Source: an uncultured Candidatus Saccharibacteria bacterium
GTDB taxonomy: Bacteria > Patescibacteriota > JACPGU01
Assembly: GCA_964355795.1 (NCBI GenBank)
Contig: CAYHEQ010000001.1
Span: 9,849 to 73,848, forward strand
DNA: 64,000 bases
Reading direction: 5' to 3'
In this document: positions 29,174-37,719 of the stretch, piece by piece
Numbering within the stretch: position 1 is the first letter of the stretch
Layout: every line of letters starts with the position of its first letter
Program-made: the position numbers and the translations under genes
Notes under the pieces: model-generated
Database searches by the model: none
The model's input: the letters and a program-made list of their open reading frames with translations, nothing else
Told to the model about the DNA's origin: nothing

Positions 29174-29830
29174 CTACTGCGCGACTCCCTGTCCCAATCC
29201 ATCATACAATTTATAATCGTCACTACAAGTGGTCAAGATTTCTGCCGTGGATTTGTGAGCGTAATTGGTTTGCGTTTTGTCAATCACCGTCCCGATGCCG
29301 TAAAGCAATTTAGCCGATAGTGGGTCGCAAACGGACTTAATTATGAATTCGGCAATCGCTGTATTGCCACCATATGTCGCCGTAACTATTATTTTCTTGC
29401 CAGGCACAGAATCGGGACCCAATTTGATGAAAGCTCTAGAATAAGAATCAATAGAAGATACTTCAGGGTTAGCCGTCAAAGAAGTCGTGCTCCCACCAGG
29501 TGATTTATAAAAATTAGCATCGAACTCAACATCTGTTTTCGGCAAAAAAGAAGCTCCTGTAACCTGCGAAATATCCCATTCATACGTGACTGTTGGCCCT
29601 TTAATTGGCAGTCCGGCACCAAGGTTGTCTGTCGTCTGCACTACTAGCTGTAATACTTGCCCCGGCTGAACATCACAACTACTAGGATCATTACACCCGA
29701 CGACAGTCGCGCTAACACTTTCGATGGCAAAGGGAGTCCTCCCATTATTTTTGAAAGCAAAAACTCCTGCGACCATAATGACAATGACCACAACAAACAC
29801 TCCTATTTTTTTTATTCTGTTTTTTATCAT
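29174..29830 (-). CDS. Exported Ig-like protein
   Basis: Signal anchor; beta-rich sequence with Cys pairs. Confidence 0.65.
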   Translation of the reverse strand: MIKNRIKKIGVFVVVIVIMVAGVFAFKNNGRTPFAIESVSATVVGCNDPSSCDVQPGQVLQLVVQTTDNLGAGLPIKGPTVTYEWDISQVTGASFLPKTDVEFDANFYKSPGGSTTSLTANPEVSSIDSYSRAFIKLGPDSVPGKKIIVTATYGGNTAIAEFIIKSVCDPLSAKLLYGIGTVIDKTQTNYAHKSTAEILTTCSDDYKLYDGLGQGVAQ

Positions 29831-29868
29831 AATATTCTCTGCCTTTATCTAAAAATCTAAAACCTAAT

Positions 29869-30768
29869 TTATTTTACTGGCACCAATTTTATCGGATTAT
29901 TATACTGATCCAACAAACTTTGCAAAAATGGATCTTGAGGATTTTGCGCCAAACCATCTTTTAAGACCAGCTTCGCTCCCGCAATATCTTTCTGACTATG
30001 CAACATAGTGGCCAAACCATAATAAGCGGCCACTAATTTCGCGTCCAGCCTGATAGCTTCTCGATATTGTTTCTCGGCCGCCTCGTATTTTTCCTGACTA
30101 CTCAAGACATTAGCAAAATTGTTGTGGTAAATAGCGACAGAAGGCTCTTTGGCCACTACTTGCCCCCAAGTTTCTACAGCCTTGGTGAGATTACCAACAT
30201 TTTGGTAAAGTGAAGCTAATGTCGCCAAATCCTCCGCGCTGACAGCTGATTTTTCCAAAATCGTCGTCGCCTCCACATACCTCTTCAGTCTTTCTTCTGG
30301 TGTCAGGGTTCGGCCACTATCTGCGTCCACACCCATCCCCGCTTCTTGGATAGTCTGTTGAAGAGTTTTTTGCGTATCAGAACCAATGATATTTTCCCTG
30401 ATAGTCGTGAGGTAGAAAGAGCCCGCAATGCCAGCTATGATGATAACCAGTAAAGTTGCCCCCAAGAAAATCCCTATTCTCCTGCGGTATCGCGGTATCT
30501 GCAAACGCGAGATATCCACCACCCGCACCGTCCCGGGCTCGGCAAAATTATGCACCAAAATCTCCCCTTGCCGAAGCTTACCAACAACCACTTTTTTGTT
30601 TTTTCGCGCACCTTGATTTTTTCTAATAATCTTGCGCGACCCTCCGAAACTTGCTACTCGCGAGACAGGAATAGTAGTTCCGTGAGCGAGTAAGCGTGAA
30701 GGACGGGTTGGTTTTACTACCTTTTTTGGCTTCAGTTTCTCTTTTTGTTTGCGTTTTTTGATTGACAT
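29869..30768 (-). CDS. Membrane-anchored TPR protein
   Basis: Basic N-terminus, TM helix, TPR motifs (YHNNFANVL..YEAAEKQYREAIRLD). Confidence 0.8.
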   Translation of the reverse strand: MSIKKRKQKEKLKPKKVVKPTRPSRLLAHGTTIPVSRVASFGGSRKIIRKNQGARKNKKVVVGKLRQGEILVHNFAEPGTVRVVDISRLQIPRYRRRIGIFLGATLLVIIIAGIAGSFYLTTIRENIIGSDTQKTLQQTIQEAGMGVDADSGRTLTPEERLKRYVEATTILEKSAVSAEDLATLASLYQNVGNLTKAVETWGQVVAKEPSVAIYHNNFANVLSSQEKYEAAEKQYREAIRLDAKLVAAYYGLATMLHSQKDIAGAKLVLKDGLAQNPQDPFLQSLLDQYNNPIKLVPVK

Positions 30769-30790
30769 ATATTTCTTTATTTTTTATTTT

Positions 30791-30858
30791 TCCCGACGCA
30801 CTATATTTTTTAATATAATGAAGTCGGGATCCCGATTTCGCGATAGCGAACATCGGGA
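30791..30858. repeat. Double-hairpin element, copy 2
   Basis: Matches 4122-4189. Confidence 0.85.
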
Positions 30859-30872
30859 CTTATTTTCTTGAC

Positions 30873-31265
30873 TTATCGTAAAACTGGAGAAGCTTCCATC
30901 GATTTTATTTCTTTAATGTCTTTAGAATTAAAAATTTTCTTCTCTCCAAGCTTATCCACTACTTTTTCTAATTTTTCGTCCCTTTTCCTCATCATAACAA
31001 TCAAATCGCTCTTCAAATTAATCATTTTGTCTGTCATGAAACTCTTGGTGACCATTTGATTCCTTACGCTATCTATATCGGCTTGCAGATCAGTTTTGAC
31101 GGCTTGCAGATCAGTTTTGACACTCTGCAGGTCAGTTTTTACACCCTGAAGATCGGTTTTTATTTCCTTAATATCCCCATGAATACCGCCAAATTGATCA
31201 GTAAGGAAATCCATGAATTTCTCATCATTCATGATGCTAGATTGTTTGGTATTTTCTCCTGTCAT
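30873..31265 (-). CDS. Coiled-coil protein with 21-bp KTDLQxV repeats
   Basis: Tandem heptads at about 31079-31160; MVTKSF motif. Confidence 0.75.
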   Translation of the reverse strand: MTGENTKQSSIMNDEKFMDFLTDQFGGIHGDIKEIKTDLQGVKTDLQSVKTDLQAVKTDLQADIDSVRNQMVTKSFMTDKMINLKSDLIVMMRKRDEKLEKVVDKLGEKKIFNSKDIKEIKSMEASPVLR

Positions 31266-31406
31266 TTTATTTTCTTAATTTTCGCACACCATAATATTTT
31301 TACAATAGTCTGTGCGACCCTCCGAAACGCAACCTATTTGCAAATTTCTGATATTCAGAATATTGCAAGAGGTTAAGTGAAGGATGGGTTTATTTTTTTA
31401 GCCCCA

Positions 31407-33989
31407 CTATTTCACCGGATTCAATATGTGCTTCGGCACAGTGATTGTTACGGCCTTAGTGTTATCGGTAATAATGACTGCGGTAGCGCCACTAGTGGCC
31501 GTGGCCACCAGATTCACTGCGTAAGTGCTGTTGGATTTTAATATACTGAAACTGCAATTGGTCGTAACCGAAGAACAATTGGGAAGACTGGTTGGCAAAA
31601 TGACAGTCCCATTTTCTTTAACTTGCCAATTATAGCCAGAGGTCACCGTCCCTCCCACTGCTACCATCTCTGGCTTCACCGTTACCGTATCCCCTACTCG
31701 GAGAGAGCCGGAAATAGTCCAGTCGCCAGTAGTTTCTTGAGTGGGAGTCACCGAAGCGCCAGCGTTGACGATAGCGCCATCGGTAATGATGTTCGCTCCC
31801 GCTCTGCCCACATCCGGCTTGATGCTCAAAGAGGCCGAAGAGGGAGCGGGAGGATTAAGCCCTGCTGTTTTAGTCACTGTTCCCATCGCCCCGCGACTGT
31901 CTGTTACGGTCAAAGTAAAGGAATAAAGTCCTCCTCCATTAGTATACTCGGGATATGTATAAGCGAGGTCTTTTTTGGTAAAAAGAAGGAATGGAGAAGG
32001 ATCGTCAGAGATTTTTTGGGAATCAGAGGAAGTGTAAGTATAGATATAAGCGGGGTCCCAAGACTTTGTTACCTTCCATGCCCAACTCGTAATTGTATCC
32101 CCATCGGGATCGGTTGATTGATCGTAATATTTGAAATCCATCGTCGTCCCGAGCTGCGTGCCATCAAACTTCGCCACAGGAGGGCTATTCACAGATGTAT
32201 AACTACACACAAAACCAATTGTTCCGCCAGCAGTAAGTGTTCTTATTGATGGAGGAATAAATGTGTATCCCGTCTTAGCCGGACAGGTGGCGGTATAAGA
32301 GCCAATTGGAGCAGTTGTTGAAACAGCAACGGCTACATTCGGCGTAACCACCGTCCCCGTATAGGTTGTCGTAGCAGGACTGGGACCCTTAACTGTGATA
32401 GTTGTATCAGGAAGAGTGGAGTTGATGTTGATGGTGCCAGGTAATACTTTGTCCACCGTAATTGTTTTCGTCGCTGTGTCACTAAACGCCCCTCGACTAT
32501 CCTGAACCATAAGAGACGCTGTATATGTCCCTACGGACGAATACTTATGGAGAGGTTTTTTTTCAACACTATCAATTATCCCGTCATTATTAAAATCCCA
32601 AAACCAACCAGTAATACCGTCGCCATCAGGATCGGTGGAGGTATCTGTAAATTGCACTGAAAGTGGTACAGAGCCAGAAATGGGGCTGGCAACAAACCTG
32701 ACTAAAGGAGATTTATTGGGAAAGGACAATCCTCCGCAACCATCCGTTCTAGATATAACAACAGTACCGTCACCAGCGACTTCTCTAGCGCCTCCTGTGC
32801 CAATGCCACTTCCACCAATACCGCCGTTAGCAGTAACTGTCTTAAATCTCACATCTCTTCCGGCTTCAAAAACTTGCTCGCCACTCCATGTCCCGTCTTC
32901 TTTCTTCGATAATATCTTTATTCTCCCACCACCACCAGCATAAGGTGGAAAATAGCTACCAGCTACCCCGTCGCCACCATTAGCGCTAATCATACCTTCG
33001 TGATTGAAGCTATTTGTAACAATACAAATAGATCCACCAGAGCCACCACCGCCTATTCGTCCACCATTACCTATCTCACCTATCTTGCCATTAGCAGAGA
33101 TACTACCATCTTTATCTATGATGATTTTGTTAGCAGATATTACTATGAGACCACCACCGCTACCGCCAGTATAATCACCATTATAGCCATAAGATCCTAC
33201 TCCCATGCCACCTCCACCTCCACTGCCCCACTGGTCTGGATTATTCTTATCGCCATAAGTATATGACCCAACATCCGCTCCTAAACCTCCATAGCCTCCG
33301 CCCGAACCGGCATATACATAAATAGAGTTAGTAAATGACCAACCTCCACCTCCAGGACCATAGCCATACTGCTTACCAGTGCCACCACTATACCCAAATC
33401 CATCTGCGGTTATTTTACCGCCAGAGTTAATTATCAGTTCTTTATTGATGATGAGTTGCATACTACCAACATCGCCGGGAGATCTTGTCTTTTGGGTTAA
33501 AACACCGTCGTTTATTATAGTTAAGCTATTGAAATAATGCTCTCCATCAATTTGTACCGTTGAACCATTAATAACAACATCTTTCTTGTCGTACTGAACA
33601 TTAGTTGATGAGATAACTCCCGATGGAAATACGGCGCTAATAGGCACAAAATTAGCCATCAAAGCAGTGTTGCCTTGACCAAAAGTGAAGGTCGCAGTAC
33701 TAGTGACCTTGCTAGAAATATTGCCATAAATAGGGTTAGAAGTAAAAGTCCAACCATAAAATTTATATCCCAGATTCGCAGTGGCGGTAATGGTCCTGGT
33801 GGAATTTTCATTCGTCCCTCCGCCAATCACCACGCCATACTCGCTCGGACCAGCCGTCAATGTGAGAGTATAAGTCGTTGCGGCTTGGGCTTTTTGGTTT
33901 TGCGTACCCCAAGCCATTACTGCGGCAATAATTAGCGCAATTCCGATGACGAAAATAGCTAACTTCTTTTTGTCTAAAGTTTTTATCAT
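31407..33989 (-). CDS. Exported multidomain protein: InlB B-repeat-like, Gly-rich and two PKD domains
   Basis: VPLSVQFTDTSTDPDGD.ITGWFWDF..DG..DS...P.HKY...GTY; GGSGGG repeats. Confidence 0.82.
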   Translation of the reverse strand: MIKTLDKKKLAIFVIGIALIIAAVMAWGTQNQKAQAATTYTLTLTAGPSEYGVVIGGGTNENSTRTITATANLGYKFYGWTFTSNPIYGNISSKVTSTATFTFGQGNTALMANFVPISAVFPSGVISSTNVQYDKKDVVINGSTVQIDGEHYFNSLTIINDGVLTQKTRSPGDVGSMQLIINKELIINSGGKITADGFGYSGGTGKQYGYGPGGGGWSFTNSIYVYAGSGGGYGGLGADVGSYTYGDKNNPDQWGSGGGGGMGVGSYGYNGDYTGGSGGGLIVISANKIIIDKDGSISANGKIGEIGNGGRIGGGGSGGSICIVTNSFNHEGMISANGGDGVAGSYFPPYAGGGGRIKILSKKEDGTWSGEQVFEAGRDVRFKTVTANGGIGGSGIGTGGAREVAGDGTVVISRTDGCGGLSFPNKSPLVRFVASPISGSVPLSVQFTDTSTDPDGDGITGWFWDFNNDGIIDSVEKKPLHKYSSVGTYTASLMVQDSRGAFSDTATKTITVDKVLPGTININSTLPDTTITVKGPSPATTTYTGTVVTPNVAVAVSTTAPIGSYTATCPAKTGYTFIPPSIRTLTAGGTIGFVCSYTSVNSPPVAKFDGTQLGTTMDFKYYDQSTDPDGDTITSWAWKVTKSWDPAYIYTYTSSDSQKISDDPSPFLLFTKKDLAYTYPEYTNGGGLYSFTLTVTDSRGAMGTVTKTAGLNPPAPSSASLSIKPDVGRAGANIITDGAIVNAGASVTPTQETTGDWTISGSLRVGDTVTVKPEMVAVGGTVTSGYNWQVKENGTVILPTSLPNCSSVTTNCSFSILKSNSTYAVNLVATATSGATAVIITDNTKAVTITVPKHILNPVK

Positions 33990-34001
33990 TTTTTTCTTGT
34001 T

Positions 34002-34730
34002 TTATCCTCTTCTGTATGTCATCAATATCTGCTTCAACATCTCATCTTTTGGAATTTGAGCTGTTCCCTCTTCTAAAACTTTTATCGCTTCTGCTCTATT
34101 ATTTTCGAAATCTCTCAAAAGTACCGCTAGATTAACATAGGTGGCAGAAAAATGTGGGTCAATGGTGATGGCTTCGCGATAATGCTTTTTTGCTTCTTCG
34201 TATTTTTTTTCACTACGCAAAACATTGCCCAGATTATTATGCAAAATAGCGTCTTGAGGAGTTACTTTTACGGCTTGTGAGAAAAACTCCTCGGCTTTAC
34301 CCAAATCTCCAAGATTATAATAAGAAACGGCAAGTTTCTGTAAAACATCCTTGTTGTTAGGCTGTGTATTGATAACTTTTTCTAATTCTTCCACGGTTTC
34401 TTTGTATTTTTTTGTTTGCATTTCTGCGCTTATTGCCTGATCGCCACTTTTACCCATCGTTGCCTCCCTGTACGCATCCAGCCCATTCGCTAACCATTCC
34501 TGCGCTTTCACATCGCGCCAAATACGATATTTATTCAACAGAACATTCGCCAACAAAGATCCCCCATAAACCACAACTATAAGAATAATTATACTAATTA
34601 TAATTTTTGCTTTTTTATTAAAAATCTTCCTCTTTCTCTCCTCCCAATTTTTGTTTTTCTTTTTCATAAGTGAAATTTCTGTATCTGTAGTATATATTTC
34701 CTCATTTAGAGGTTCGACCTTAGTTTCCAA
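34002..34730 (-). CDS. Membrane-anchored TPR protein (start uncertain)
   Basis: TM helix plus TPRs; similar to the 29869-30768 protein. Confidence 0.8.
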   Translation of the reverse strand: METKVEPLNEEIYTTDTEISLMKKKNKNWEERKRKIFNKKAKIIISIIILIVVVYGGSLLANVLLNKYRIWRDVKAQEWLANGLDAYREATMGKSGDQAISAEMQTKKYKETVEELEKVINTQPNNKDVLQKLAVSYYNLGDLGKAEEFFSQAVKVTPQDAILHNNLGNVLRSEKKYEEAKKHYREAITIDPHFSATYVNLAVLLRDFENNRAEAIKVLEEGTAQIPKDEMLKQILMTYRRG

Positions 34731-34781
34731 ACTTCTCCGAGGCCAAATCTCTTATCCCTAATAATTTTTCTCAATCTCCGA

Positions 34782-35168
34782 CTATCCTATTGCTCCTACT
34801 TTGTGCATACTGCTTGCTTCTTCTTCACTCAAAATCCTTTTTCTTGCCAGAATACTTGTCAAAGTGTGTAGTTTTTGCGCTATTCTCCCCTCACTTTGCC
34901 TCACTCTTTTATCCGTCCAATCTTTGTTATTTCCTTCTGATTGCCTAATTTCTTGTTTTAATTCTTTTTCCATCGGTTCCAAAAAATTAACATTGAATTT
35001 AGCTAATTGATCCTTTACTACATCTTCAACTGAATCCTTGAATCTTTGACCCTCAAATATATTCTCTACGGCGTTCTTGAATTTCTCGCCAGCAAAAGAA
35101 TTCTCAATAACCCCCGTTACGATTTCCTTAATTTCCTCTCTGGTTGTGGTAATCTTTTTTTCTGACAT
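34782..35168 (-). CDS. Small coiled-coil protein
   Basis: C-terminal KL..L..IL..KRIL...E resembles the 30873-31265 protein. Confidence 0.65.
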   Translation of the reverse strand: MSEKKITTTREEIKEIVTGVIENSFAGEKFKNAVENIFEGQRFKDSVEDVVKDQLAKFNVNFLEPMEKELKQEIRQSEGNNKDWTDKRVRQSEGRIAQKLHTLTSILARKRILSEEEASSMHKVGAIG

Positions 35169-35179
35169 TTTTGCTAAAA

Positions 35180-35383
35180 TTAAACATTCACCGCGCGCTT
35201 GGCTATAATTTTCGTTGCTTTTCCGCAGTTACCGCAATATTGCTCGTTATCGTCTAGTATACATTTACAATTCAAACATCTTTTGGCGGTTTTCTTTGGC
35301 AACCTTAAGCCACACCCAGTACAAAATTGGTCACTATATCCTTTCCAGTATTGTTTTTTGCACTGCGGACATTTCTTGAACAT
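35180..35383 (-). CDS. Double zinc-ribbon protein
   Basis: Four CxxC motifs. Confidence 0.7.
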   Translation of the reverse strand: MFKKCPQCKKQYWKGYSDQFCTGCGLRLPKKTAKRCLNCKCILDDNEQYCGNCGKATKIIAKRAVNV

Positions 35384-35543
35384 ATGTCTTCTCTAAAATC
35401 TTTTTTCTAATATCCATTTTTTTACAAATTACGGTAATATCTTTTGCCATAGACTTTCCTCTACTTTTCCTTTTTGTTTTTTTTGATTCACTATATTGTG
35501 TACTTTGATCCCTTATTTTCTTAATTTCTTATTTTCTTAGCCC

Positions 35544-36095
35544 CTACGGCGCCAAAGTGTCCAAGACGATGAACGAATCGCCAGATTTGGCGGAATAGTT
35601 GCACCAGATCATATCCCCGGAATAGCCCGTTACTATGGCAGTGGCGCAACCCCCCGTTGTTGGCGCAGAAGCGGTAGTGCCATCAGAGCCAGCCTTCATA
35701 CCGCTATATTTGAATCCTGTCGGTGTGGAGAATTTGACATCTGTGGACTTGGCTAAACTTTCAGGATTGTTGACGGTTAAAGTGAATTTGACTGTATCGC
35801 CCGCTTTCGCCGTCGCCGTGTTGTTTCGCGCAGATACTGGCGCGATGTTTTCTGCCTTCGTATGCACCGAAACACCTTGATAATTGAAATTGTAGCCGAC
35901 ATCAATAGGTTGTCTATCGGCCGCGAATGTTCCCAGTTTGAATCCTCCCAAGGCCACGCCAGCCAAAAGCAAAAGGCCTACTACATATATAGTAGCCTTT
36001 CTGTTGGAAAGTTTTTTGGAAAAACCCTTGAGAGTGGAGGCTCTTTTGATGCGATTGCTCCTGCGCACGATTTTTTCAAAATTGAAAGATAACAT
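35544..36095 (-). CDS. Exported DUF11 protein
   Basis: TM helix; AKAGDTVKFTLTVNN. Confidence 0.7.
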   Translation of the reverse strand: MLSFNFEKIVRRSNRIKRASTLKGFSKKLSNRKATIYVVGLLLLAGVALGGFKLGTFAADRQPIDVGYNFNYQGVSVHTKAENIAPVSARNNTATAKAGDTVKFTLTVNNPESLAKSTDVKFSTPTGFKYSGMKAGSDGTTASAPTTGGCATAIVTGYSGDMIWCNYSAKSGDSFIVLDTLAP

Positions 36096-36180
36096 CTTTT
36101 TTGTATTACTGTTATGAAAATTTTGTTTTGAAATATCTATTGCTAACTGACATTAAGCCTGACTTAAAATCTTGCTGAAC

Positions 36181-36420
36181 CGATGCTAATCTGCGAATGG
36201 ATGCCTGCCCGCAATGCTCTCGCCCGAAGCTTTCATATCTGTTTACAATTATCGTACGCAATATTTAGGGAGCAAACAATATGGGTGGGGCGCATAGCGA
36301 GGCGGGCGGGCGAATATGGCGAATATTTATGCGAATTAATTCGCATGGGATTCGTAAATTCGCATCGCGTTCGTAGATTCGCATGGCATTTCAAATTCGC
36401 ATCGCATTATTCGTGTCGCT
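36181..36420. mobile_element. GCGAAT-array element with nested 107-bp inverted-repeat element (36204-36310)
   Basis: Near-identical to 14417-14524 and inserted at the same ATG^CGAAT position. Confidence 0.75.
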
Positions 36421-36662
36421 TAACTCAAAACCAAGACAGAAATATCTCCCTTTTGCGTCTTCTCGACTGAAAATCACACTCCTTAACCCATTCCTTTATT
36501 ATCTAGCGTTGTCTCTATTATAGACGATAAGTCCACCCCTACAAGAGCCGATTTATCCCCAAGCTCGTAACAGAAATGGCCTCAAAACTTGAAGCCATTT
36601 CTGCGCAAACAGGGGCGGAAGTCGCAACTTTACATCGGGAGAAACTGATCAGTTTGCGTTTT

Positions 36663-36774
36663 TGGCAGGGGCTGAGGGAATCGAACCCCCGACCTCGGTT
36701 TTGTCCCGACGATTGCAGGGCAATGTCGGGATCCCGATCCTCCGATGCAAAATCGGAGCGTCGGGAGAGACCGA
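36663..36774 (-). pseudogene. tRNA-Trp 3' half with CCA end and a 63-bp double hairpin in the anticodon
   Basis: TCGGTCTC[36704-36766]CAAAACCGAGGTCGGGGGTTCGATTCCCTCAGCCCCTGCCA. Confidence 0.8.
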
Positions 36775-36791
36775 TAAGTTTGCGTTTTTAA

Positions 36792-36862
36792 CAGGGGCGG
36801 TAGGAGTCGAACCCACACTATTGGTTTTGGAGACCAACGTTCTACCGCTAAACTACGCCCCT
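36792..36862 (-). tRNA. tRNA-Trp(CCA)
   Basis: AGGGGCG/CGCCCCT acceptor; TTGGT-CTCCAAA-ACCAA anticodon arm; GGTTCGACTCC. Confidence 0.92.
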
Positions 36863-36927
36863 ATTCTAAGAACGGTTTTGCCTTAATATTCGAGCGATTA
36901 GCGTTAATTCGAGAAAATTAGCGATTC

Positions 36928-37101
36928 CTATTTCCCCTCTTTGTGCTTCGTCACCTTCCTGCATCGCTTGCACTTTTTATTCAATTCCAATCTCTCCGTC
37001 GTATTGCGTTTGTTTTTGGAAGTGAAATAATTTTTTTCTTTGCAAACGGTGCATTCCATTGTCACCATCCCTCTTGGTCCTCTTTTCTTTTTTCCTGGCA
37101 T
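36928..37101 (-). CDS. rpmG: 50S ribosomal protein L33 (Zn-binding type)
   Basis: MECTVC...[32 protein letters not shown]. Confidence 0.93.
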   Translation of the reverse strand: MPGKKKRGPRGMVTMECTVCKEKNYFTSKNKRNTTERLELNKKCKRCRKVTKHKEGK

Positions 37102-37136
37102 AAAATTTGTATTAAGTATTAAGATTTCTATCAAAA

Positions 37137-37220
37137 TGACGGGAGTAGGATTTGCACCTACGAAGGCCGAAGCCAGCAGATTTATCACCCTGCGGGTGAC
37201 CACCCGTAGGGTGGCAGTCT
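37137..37220 (-). pseudogene. tRNA-Tyr 3' half with a 30-bp double hairpin in the anticodon
   Basis: Copy of the intact Tyr 3' half with one acceptor change; insert at 37185-37214. Confidence 0.82.
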
Positions 37221-37243
37221 TCTTTAACCAATGATTTTCAAAA

Positions 37244-37326
37244 TGGCGGGAGTAGGATTTGCACCTACGAAGGCCGAAGCCAGCAGATTTACAGTCTGCC
37301 CTCGTTGACTACTTGAGTATCCCGCC
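37244..37326 (-). tRNA. tRNA-Tyr(GTA)
   Basis: GGCGGGA/TCCCGCC acceptor; GCAGA-CTGTAAA-TCTGC; long variable arm GGCTTCGGCC; T loop GGTGCAAATCC. Confidence 0.9.
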
Positions 37327-37342
37327 ACCATTTTGAAAATCA

Positions 37343-37591
37343 TTAAATTCCCAATCTTTTAAAAAGCATCTCCTTTTGCTGGTTGTTATTTTTAAGCTCA
37401 TTTTCTCTTTTTCTAGCCAGAGTATATGTTTCGTAAGCTTCATAGTATACGAGCCTTAATGGCGCATACATTTTGGTCGAAATAACTTTTTTGTTATTAT
37501 GTTGCAATAATCTCGTTTTCAAATCACGCGTCGAACCTATATAGCGCCATTTTTTTATGGTACTTTTCAATAAGTATACATATCCATTCAT
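37343..37591 (-). CDS. GIY-YIG endonuclease (stand-alone, about 82 aa)
   Basis: YVYLLKS...YIGSTRDL..RL.QHN...STK...P..LVYYE...ARKRE..LK. Confidence 0.92.
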   Translation of the reverse strand: MNGYVYLLKSTIKKWRYIGSTRDLKTRLLQHNNKKVISTKMYAPLRLVYYEAYETYTLARKRENELKNNNQQKEMLFKRLGI

Positions 37592-37611
37592 ATTGTTTTC
37601 TTGCAAATAAG

Positions 37612-37683
37612 AGATTTATCACCCTGCGGGTGACCACCCGTAGGGTGGCAGTCTGCCCCGTTTGACCGCTTCGGTACCCCACC
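37612..37683 (-). pseudogene. tRNA-Tyr 5' half (different allele) with the same 30-bp insert
   Basis: GGTGGGGTACCGAAGCGGTCAAACGGGGCAGACTG[37619-37648]TAAATCT. Confidence 0.82.
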
Positions 37684-37719
37684 ATTTTGGTAATTATCAA
37701 ATTCCTAATCCTTGCCTAA

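Noticed and set aside
36792-36862. Alternative genetic code (UGA recoding as in Gracilibacteria)
   Set aside because: Many genes end in TGA with ATGA overlaps, and long ORFs are intact under code 11
36576-36886. Short ORFs over the tRNA-Trp region, the ORF at 37820-38116 and the N-terminal extension of rpmG
   Set aside because: They overlap tRNA genes and fragments and are shadow ORFs
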